Shown here: piece by piece, positions 54,749 through 64,000 of the stretch
Layout of the letters: each line of letters starts with the position of its first letter
How positions within the stretch are numbered: position 1 is the stretch's first letter
DNA from: Flaccisagitta enflata
Taxonomy: Eukaryota
Reading direction: 5' to 3'
Length of the DNA: 64,000 nucleotides
Assembly (NCBI GenBank): GCA_965153355.1
Contig: OZ231126.1
Location: 4,588,001 to 4,652,000 of the forward strand
The notes under the pieces: generated by a model
The model's database searches: none
What the model saw: only the letters and a program-made list of their open reading frames with translations
Told to the model about the DNA's origin: nothing
Made by a program: the position numbers and the translations under genes

Positions 54749-56762
54749 TATTTGAGAACAATCAATGCTTACCTTGCAGTTTGGATTCCATCTAGTTTAG
54801 CAAATTAAAAGAATAATCCACTCCAATGAACAAGTCAAACTACAACTACAACTAAATATATCAGATATTGGGGATATTTTTTAGATACTCGTATCTTATG
54901 ATGTTACATGTACAAAAACATTGAAGGCCCAGATTTGTAGAATGAAGAAAATTTTGAGTCTATATTAAAGTGAGAAGCACTGAACTGAAATTTATGATCA
55001 GATTCTTTTATCCAGATGATAACCTGCTCCTTAGTTCTTGGCAATCTATCCAATAAACAGACTACCTTCATGTACAGAAGCTGTAGCTGACCTACAATCA
55101 GTGCACTTTTTTTTAAGTAAGGACGAAGTTAATGAGGACATTCTGAAATTCTGCCAATGTTTAAGGACATATTCAGGACAAGCCCATCTCATATTCAGAT
55201 AAAATTTGTTTCTGATTCATGATTTTGATAGAAATACATACATAAGTCAATCTTCAAAATAAGAAATGATGATGATTTGTTTGTACTCATCAATTATGTT
55301 CCTTATTTAGACAAATACAAAATTACTTTATTCAAGCAAACTGATATTAGATGAGAAACAAGTTATCATTATTCAAATTACATTATTACATTATCATAGT
55401 AAAACCTTTCAAAATATCCAAATCACAATAAAAACATTTCAGCCTAAAATTCGTAAAAATTTCCTCATAAGAAAGAATTAAGGGATTTTTTAGATGTAAG
55501 CATAGCAGAAAAAATGTCAAGGGGCAAAATTTGAGGTAGAGAGTTTCCAATCAAGTGGAAATGATCTTAGATCAATTATAAAGATTTCATCATACTTTAT
55601 ACAGTCCTCAAAATGTCCTGGGTAATACCTGATCATCTGTCAGTAAGACTTATTAGATTTGTGAACACCTACTTTTCAGGACTTTCACCAGTTGATAAGG
55701 ATAACATTAGATTTGCATTTTAAGGTGAAATGCGTGTTTGTCTCACTGCCTGTAACCATTAACCAATCAAACTTAACTGATTTTATCATTAAACTGGTCT
55801 TTGTTTACAAAAACGTGTTGGACAATACTTTTTGAGATAGAAGTAAGCAGCTATTGGTAGATATTTTTTGCCATGCAATCAGAGCAAAATAGATGGCTCC
55901 TGCATCCCTCACTTTTTATTGATAAGCAAAAATGGTTGAATGTTGCTAAGACGGAATTACATTGACCTTTGGCTTGATAATTCCTGATTGGAAGATGTAT
56001 CTTTGTCATCAAAAGTTAGTCAAATCTGGCTTACTTTTCTTCTCTTTTGCATTAGCTAAATTAGCATCAACTGGTATCCAGTTTGCAACTCATTGCTTTG
56101 TTTTGGATGTAAATTGAAAAGATTGGCAGTTTAGTGAAGATGATGGAAATTGAAATGCATACAAATGAGCGGAATCACTTTTTTGACAAAAATTTATAGT
56201 GTTTGTATCAAAATGTTTTGAGAGTTATTACAACTCAGAATATTCCATTCCTCTTTTAGTTACTCATTCTATGTGATCTGGATTTAGATTGTTGAGTATT
56301 AACACCATCCAATTAATAGCAGTTCTTGAAATTTTTAATGTCAACCAAACAGGCTTGACAATTGAATAATCAATCAATCATAGCCTGGCATCTATGAGTT
56401 TTTAGCCTACAGTAAGTTTTGAATGAAGCATTCTTCTTTGATTTTCTTGATTTCTTGTATGTATTCTTAAACCATGTGAACATGGATTGTCATTTATGCA
56501 GTGCTCATGAATCCGTGGTGACATGCTTTGAATATCTTTCTTGTATTTTTAGCAAAAGAAAAAAATACTAGTTGGCTTGCATCATTTTCATACAGCATTC
56601 ACAAAGACATAGTTTGCTTGTTGTAAGTTTTATCAAGCATCCATGAGTACATCACTGACTTGTTTTGTGATTTTTATCAAGCATCCACAAAGACGAGACT
56701 CGTTGGTTGGTTGTGTCAGTTTATCAAGCACATATGAAGAAACACTTTTCTATCTTCATTTA

Positions 56763-58006
56763 TCAAGCATCAATTGAGTCTCGGGTGCCGCTTGCTTTCA
56801 TAGCATCCAAGACTTTAATCCTGGCCATGGCCGCCTTCATCTTCACAACGAACAACTTTCTGTCGCGTTCAACCAACTTCGTAAAGTTCTCAACACGACA
56901 ATATCTGTTGTGGGGGGATGATAAGTTGAAGAAAGAAAAAAAGAGAGAGAAGGGGGGGTTGCAAGATGGATCAGGAATGTGTTATTAAAGGGGAACTTTT
57001 TTCAAGGGAATGTGATTATTTTGAATCTGTAGAGAAAACATCAGAAGGATGAATGGATGAAGAAACACATAATTGAATGGATGAAAGAATGCATAATTGA
57101 ATGAATGAATGAATGAATGAATGAATCAATGAATGAATGAATGAATGAATAAATGAGTGGATGAATGAATGAAATAATGAATGGATGAATAGATAGATGA
57201 ATGAATGAATGGATGAACAAATGAATGAATGGATGAACGAATGAATGAATGAATGAATGAATGAATGAATGAATGATTGTACCTGCAAGGGAAGGAGAGG
57301 GCGATGGCTCTGACACCAGACAATAGTAGACCACATGAAGACAAGAAATGCCAAATGTCGTGGGAGTCGTAGAAATTCAGAAATAAGCATTCCTTGTTGA
57401 GATCACGATTTTCTTCAGGATTCAATGATTTGTTGGAGACTTCCATCCCAACGAAGAAATACCCGGCAGAAAGCCACACAATCCCAATTACTGTCAATGG
57501 GTAAAGCAAGAATAAAGGGCGTGTTTCTAGTGACGACCAAAAACGCGTTTTTTACCATTAAATGCGTTTACAGCGTAAACACATATTCATGAATTTCAAC
57601 CGTCCCACGAGGAAGTGAGCAAAGTGAGTGAGCGAGCCCATGAACGGAGCGAGTGAGCGGAGCAAGCGGTGCAAGTGAATAGGAGAGTAGCGAGTCACCA
57701 AGTGGCCCATTCAAAACGCGGTTGTCTGCGACTACAAACGCGCCCTACTTTTTGTTGGGACACTGATTTGGACAAATATTGGGGATGGCTGAAGTGTATG
57801 AAGAATGGACAGTGGAAGTAGGAAAACTAAGAGACAGGATGACATGGGGATGAAGACTGAGTATCAATGTTTAGGCAACAGGGCTTAGATGCAATAAGAT
57901 CAGATATATGCTCACCAATGTAGTAAATAATGACTTTGACAATTTTTTTAGCAGTCTTTGATTTCCGTAATGCTTTAAATTCTCTGCCACTGGTTTTCAG
58001 CATTCT

Positions 58007-58045
<39 letters not shown>

Positions 58046-61000
58046 GTGTGATATAGATGTAAAAGGAGAAAAAATCGCAGGAATGGTAAGTGATGTTTAT
58101 AGACACTCAATACTTAATAAAAACATTCAAATTCATCAGATCACTTACAATACATTCTCTTTTGTTCTTTTCGTTCATTGTTTTTGGCAGTAGTTGTAAA
58201 GGAGTTGAAGACTTGAGGCTTAAATCTTGGCTCAAGACTGAAATCCCAGCATCTAGGCTGAATTCTTACCCCCGAGGCTCAAAAATCAAGTATCAGCTTC
58301 AAGACTCAAAGGTCATCAATTGTCCCTCTCACCACCTGACCCCCAGAATAACAAACAAAGGAAACGGGGACCACTGGCCATCTGACCATTATTTTTTTCA
58401 TGCGATTGATTACTCATTTGTTTGACTCACTGTCTAGTCTCTTGTCTATCTTTGTTTGATTTTTTTCTCTTTTGCCCTTTTGTTTGCTTCGTTGATGGCT
58501 TATTTGTTTGCCTCATTGTTTGCATTTTGTGTTTATCTTTTTGTTTGCTTAAATCACCTGATCACTGAAAACTCAAGTGCCATCATTGAGATAAAAACGC
58601 TGCCAATGCAAGTCCCCAGGAAAAACTGCAAAGGAAAGAAAGAAATGATGGGCGTGAGAATGAATAAGGTTATGTCACTGTGACTCACCGGCTGTTAGAC
58701 AGCTACTTCATTTACGGCCCATGAAGCTTAGTTTTATTTGAGAGAAACAGGGTTTTCATTTTCCTATGCAAAAGTTGAGAATCTCCATCGACCGAATGAG
58801 CCCTCCAATGAAATTGATAGGGTAAGTAAATTTAATAATTCTCTTTCATTTGGCGCGAAGCAGAATGCTCTACAACAAACATTTTTTTGCGTTATGATTT
58901 TTTAAAGATTTATTTACGAAAATTGCGAATTGAATTTTTTTCGATTTTTTATGATTGTAAGTGGACTCAAAAAAGGAGTGTATTTATGTTTGTTTGAGCA
59001 TGCAAATACAAGAAAACATGTTTATGAGCATAGCTGCTCATCTGTGAGGGTGTTTTGGAGGATTCCAGCTCATTTAGCTCATTTAGCTCAGTTTCTTTTT
59101 TTATTTTAAATGTGATAAATGAATAAAAAATTTTATAAATTTTTAAGAAAGCAGATACAAAAAAGCATATCAGTGAGCATAACTGCTCATCTGTGAGGGT
59201 GTTTTTAAGCATCTTAGTTCACTTAGCTCATATACAAGAAATACAAATACAAGAAAGCATGTCAGTGAGCATAGCTGATTATCTGGTTGAGTGATTTTGA
59301 GCATTTTAGCTCATCTAGCTCATTTGGCTCAGTCCTATTTTTCTCTGATTTTCAGTGCAATCAATACATACAATTGCTTTTGATTTGATCTAATAGAAAT
59401 AAAGATTTGCAGTGACTAAAGACAAAAGCTTGGTTAAAATTGACCAATGCTTACAACTTTTTTCTTCACAGCGACAGCCGCCATTACTGGTAATCACAAC
59501 TTATAGTTGTGGACACATGACATGATGAGCCACTTTCTAGTTGGTCAGTCAGTTGGTCTGTCACAAAGTTGCATTTTGGGGTACACATGAATCAGGCTGT
59601 GTGGGTACGCAGGGGCCATATTTGAGGTCACTCAAGCATTTTGACAGGAGCAGTGAGGCCAGAGACTGCAAAAAGAATGAAAAAGTGTGACCAATGGACC
59701 AACGGACCAATGGACAGACAAAGTGTGGTATGAAATCTCATGCACGCAACTGAAAAGAGGAGAGGATACGAAGTGGCAAACCATTGTGGTAACAATTTAG
59801 TAAACTTTATCATTTCCAACACAAACCTGTGAGACATCTGACTTTTTGAAAATGGTGATTAGCAGCCAAATAAAGAAGAGTCCGCTGACAGCTACGTAAA
59901 GAGCTGAGAGACTGAAAACGCGATAAAAGTCAACCAAATTGATGAAGGAGGAAGTCGAGGAGGAGGATGACATTTCGCCATCATCACTTTTTGCACCATC
60001 TGCTGCGCCATCTGCTGCACCATCTGCGCCACTCATGCCATTTGTTTTTGTTTCCTCCCCTCCCTTCTCAGCATCACCCTCATTCTCAGTTTTATTCTTG
60101 ATGTCAATTTGTTGTTTTGCCTCTACTGCATTTTCGGTCTCTGCCACATATTTCTCTTCCTTTGGTGATGTTGTTGTTGTTGTTGTTTCTTCTGCTGCTG
60201 AATCTTCCAAAGCCACTTTGTTTTCTTTCCCTGGGCTTGCTCCTCCTTCCACTTCTTCTACTCCTTCTTTTGGTTTCTTAAAAATGAGTGGAAATCTAAG
60301 CGGAGTCGAAGGTTTAGAAGTGGTTTTGACTGGAGTTCCAACTTTGCTCAGAGATTGTTGTTGTTGTTGTTGTTCCTGCTGTTTGCGAAGAACTGCTGGA
60401 TTTTCCTGTTGGGAGAGAAAGGGTACATTAGAGTATAGGTTTGATGATCATATGAATGACAATGATGGGACCATACTGCTAGTTTATTCTTGTCATTACC
60501 ATCACAATTAAGATGCATTTTAGCCTTAGCACCATCAACCACAAAAGTCACTTACTTGGAAATAGTTGATGGTTTGATTCTTGATGGGCTCAATTCTTGG
60601 GTCTTTGAGTTTAGGTTTGGCATTGACGCGACTTGGGACAACTTCTAATTTGAATGCGCCCCAAATGATGATGAAAAGGAACCACAAAACACAGCAAATA
60701 AAACCAAAGATCTGTGAATAAAAGGGGAAAGGTCAGGGGCAAGGGTAGGGGAGTGGGCGAGGAGGGTGGATCAAGAGTTGGAATAGGAATATCATGGCTT
60801 TTTACCTGAGAAACAAACTCAAAATTCTGTCCATGAATCTTCATGATATTCTCAACAAGTGACGCGGAGTCACAATATTGTTGCGGACGGTGGGCGGGGG
60901 CGACCAACCCCCATCCATACCCCACATCCATACACGAAAAGCAGCTTAAATGCTTGTTTTCCCTTTTTAGTCGCGGACACGCGACTCTATAAACCACTTT

Positions 61001-61504
61001 TCCGTCCGTTGGTTGGTTTGTCGGTAAGAAAGTCACTTTTTGAGGTTTTCCGCTCCTGCCCACGCATCCGCGACTAATGCTGCCGTGTATACAGCCTTGT
61101 TTCAACTTGTGTCTACGGACCGACGGACAAACGGACGGACCAACGGATGGACGGATGGACCAACGGATGGACCAATGTGACGGACAGACAAAGCCGCTCA
61201 TAGAATTGCGTGTCCTTAACTAAAAAAGAAACAAGTTATAATCCTTAATGGGAAAGTAATAGTAACAGTAAAACTACTTCTACTCCTTTCAGAAAGCATT
61301 AAACAAAATTTCGGTTGTACCTCCATGCCTTCTGAAAGTTGATGAACATCTCTGAGTGATCCTAGATAATTGAAAAGCAGAATTGGAGCCAAAAAGAAGA
61401 AGAAAACTTTTGGCGCCCTCAAAGCGCGAGAGTTGCTGAATTGAAGGTCCAAATCTTTCGGCGGGATGCGGTTGTGCAGCAAAAGCATGTCCTCATCAGT
61501 AATG
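56763..61504 (-). CDS. SID-1 / SIDT / CHUP-1 family transmembrane protein, 3' portion (5' exons outside window)
   Basis: Phase-consistent exons 61504-61321, 60711-60556, 60405-59827, 58625-58558, 57989-57916, 57490-57283, 56904-56763. Signature NPEENRDLNKECLFLNFYDSHDIWHFLSS resembles the SIDT motif TPAESRExNxxCxLLxFFDxHDIWHFLS. Confidence 0.8.
57517..57745. mobile_element. PIF/Harbinger-like MITE (copy 3)
   Basis: Similar termini and body to 43671-43939; TSD degenerate. Confidence 0.65.
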
Positions 61505-61980
61505 CTGTATCAAATAGCAAAATTGGTAAGTAAATAAAATCTATCGCTCTGATAATGGTTAAAGCTCAAGTACTACCTAGGAAATAAGTTTAGCATCAAG
61601 TTCTGTCGCTTTAATCTCAACAAATCCATAAAAAATCCATGACTAAAATGATCTACATCGAATTATCTTTCAATGTAGACCAACCAGAGATTACTGGCTC
61701 AAGCCGTTTAAAAGTTACAGGGGAAAACATGAAAACCTTCAGATGCGATTTTGCAAAAAGAATAGCCAGTTCATTTACATGTAACTCCGATGTATCGCAG
61801 CTTGGAGCCTGGGGACTTCACAGCCAATTCCCAGCACCAAACTCCTCCCGGATTGGCCTGGCAATTTGCCGGAAGTTAATCTGATAACAAATTTTGGTGG
61901 CAGATGAAGAATATGCAGCAACAGGAATACGCTACTTCAATTGAGGGCCTGAAAAGTCACGCCATCTTACCTAAAAGCCT

Positions 61981-64000
61981 TGTACAAATTGCTGCTGGCG
62001 AGAATGCAGGCAGTGATTAGCTAGGAGGGACACCATACCAACTATTGAGAACCATTTGGACATAGTCATATAGGGAATAGAGGAGGTCATGGACTTCGGG
62101 CCGGAAGCGGAAGCATTCCGACCCGACGGTCTCATAACAATCCTCTTCCAATTATAACACGATCTCTCTCTCTTCCTCTCCAACCATCGGATATAAATAG
62201 CCTCAGTAAGAGAGGAATCCAGAATTATTACACCGGCTATCGCGTTGATCATTCCTGCGTCCGAGGGAATAAAATCCCTCCAGTCAGTCAGCATACAACA
62301 CAGTTCGCCACTTGGTGGCAGCTTTGGACACACAACCACGACAAGCTGACATCCCTCGCTACGTTACCACGCGAAGAACATCAGCCACGATCAGCTCAAG
62401 TCAAAGCTCAAGTCGCCAAAGCTCAAGTCAAAGCTCAAGTCGCCAAAGCTCAAGTCAAAGCTCAAGTCGCCAAAGCTCAAGTCAAAGCTCAAGTCGCCAA
62501 AGCTCAAGTCAAAGCTCAAGTCGCCAAAGCTCAAGTCGCCAAAGCTCAAGTCGCCAAAGCTCAAGTCGCCAAAGCTCAACAACGCGGAGTCGAAAAGAAG
62601 AACGGCAAGCTTACTTGGCCTCATCGGAGTCGCCCAAAATCAATAACTTCACGCTTGAGTTGCGAAATACAGTAACGGCTCGATCCGAAAATGGACAGAA
62701 GCGTGAAAAAGATCAACCCTCAATCACCAAGTCTACGCATCTTCATCACATTCGATTCGAAGTCATCTAGACTAACAATCTATCTGTTGATCATCATCGG
62801 GCGATTGAGGCTACGACTGACTTTCTCAAGCTGATCGAATAACACTGGCTGCCTATAAGAAGATAGGGACGCATAAGAGGAAAATATCATCGCAAGCCAA
62901 ATTCTCAACAAAGAATATTAAAGATACGAAAGTGAAATTCAAAAACATCAAAACGACTTCAAGAATTTGAAGAACAACAACGAAAGTGTTACTACTACAT
63001 ATATCAAAGCCTCGAAACGTCAACACAACCATTAACTCGGGATATTCAACCCTAAGAAAACACTCAAGAGCGAAGCGGCCTCGACGAAAATAACTCCCAA
63101 TTCATTCGAAGCGAAAAAGTCCGACCGACCAGGGAGAAGATGGCGAAGAAGTAAAAATGCGCCTCAACCGTCTTCACGTATGATTGAACGATGCGTCAAC
63201 GATCTTCGGACCACGAAAAAGCATCTTCATAATCAACGCGTATCCCGCATCAGAGTGGACGGATCATCGCACCACATCCAAGGGCATACCCTGACAATGA
63301 ATAAAAGAAACAATCAAAAATATTAGGCGGAATACAGACGAACCAACCGTAATACGGGCGCTATGACTCTAAGGAAAAGGAGTTAGGATCAGGGTCCAAA
63401 TCTAACCCAAAATAATTCGCGCGAGTCGCGGTGAGAGGGGCGAAGAAGAGGAAGAAGAATGGGAAATATTAAAGATGAGGAGGTGATTTGGAGGCGAGAC
63501 CGAAAGTATCTCGCTCTCCTTCACTCGAGTCTCAGTTAAGAAGCTAAATATGAAAACTCCAATAACTGAGTCACAAACAAATATCGGGATTAATTCCCGG
63601 ATTATCACAGAGAAATCACCATCACATACTAACATTGCCACACCACTGCCCTTCATCACACCATATTTCACCATCCCTGACACACCATCCAGCGACGACT
63701 TGACAGTCAGTCCAGCATTATCATCACTGTCATGTATGATAGAAAACCTGGACGAAGAAGAGGCGAATACGCATCAAAGCAAGCCCATCGAAGAAAGCAA
63801 CGCGCTACACTTCGGCGCATGGCCCACGATTGATCCAGTCGCGCACGCAAATAAAGTCGCCGCCATTAGGAAGATCTTTGGGTCATCAATCCACGAAAAG
63901 TCAAGTCTCGTCAGACGGCACCTGGAGGAAGAAGGAAGAGAAAAATTAGAAGATCCAACATCATCGTGGAGATTGGATTACGCGGACCGACCGACCGACC
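61981..64000 (+). mobile_element. LTR retrotransposon-like 5' end: putative LTR, PBS, repeat-bearing leader and an ORF running off the window
   Basis: TGTA...CA segment ~61981-62310 with TATAAATA (~62192) and AATAAA (~62268). It is followed by TGGTGGCAGC (62313), complementary to a tRNA-Leu-type 3' end. 12/15-bp tandem repeat at 62392-62580. Open frame from ATG 63550 to the window end (MKTPITESQTNIG...). No second LTR or pol motifs visible. Confidence 0.55.
63550..64000 (+). CDS. Partial ORF, possibly Gag-like N-terminus
   Basis: 150 stop-free codons from ATG 63550 to the window end, downstream of the putative PBS; no diagnostic motif. Confidence 0.35.
   Translation, partial: MKTPITESQTNIGINSRIITEKSPSHTNIATPLPFITPYFTIPDTPSSDDLTVSPALSSLSCMIENLDEEEANTHQSKPIEESNALHFGAWPTIDPVAHANKVAAIRKIFGSSIHEKSSLVRRHLEEEGREKLEDPTSSWRLDYADRPTD

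Overview
Microsatellite- and transposon-rich animal (invertebrate-like) genomic DNA with spliced genes; the species cannot be named from the sequence. I reconstructed five protein-coding genes by hand from GT-AG junctions with consistent phases. (1) Minus strand: a divergent 7TM/rhodopsin-like receptor with a signal peptide and a ~290-aa Thr-rich mucin-like stalk (~13178 to off the left edge; middle exons partly unresolved). (2) Minus strand: a 210-aa secreted chitin-binding(CBM14)-Sushi-EGF protein (14440-19094). (3) Plus strand: a 16-exon DEG/ENaC/ASIC-family channel (~24235-52412, ~1194 aa) with an atypical pore (HG->VG, GAS->GFC), a reciprocally lost thumb disulfide and a ~400-aa low-complexity extracellular insertion. 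(4) Plus strand: a 3-exon MYND zinc-finger gene nested on the same strand in an 11.6-kb intron of that channel. (5) Minus strand: the 3' half of a SID-1-family gene, with an LTR retrotransposon-like element in its upstream intron. Mobile DNA includes three CAC...GTG elements with 4-bp TSDs (Chapaev-like; one carries an intron-containing RAG1/Transib-like transposase remnant), hAT-, Tc1/mariner- and PIF-like MITEs, and many DINE-1/Helentron-like elements with variable tandem-repeat cores. A recurring oddity is tandem duplication of exon boundaries in four genes. All family assignments come from motif recognition, not database searches.
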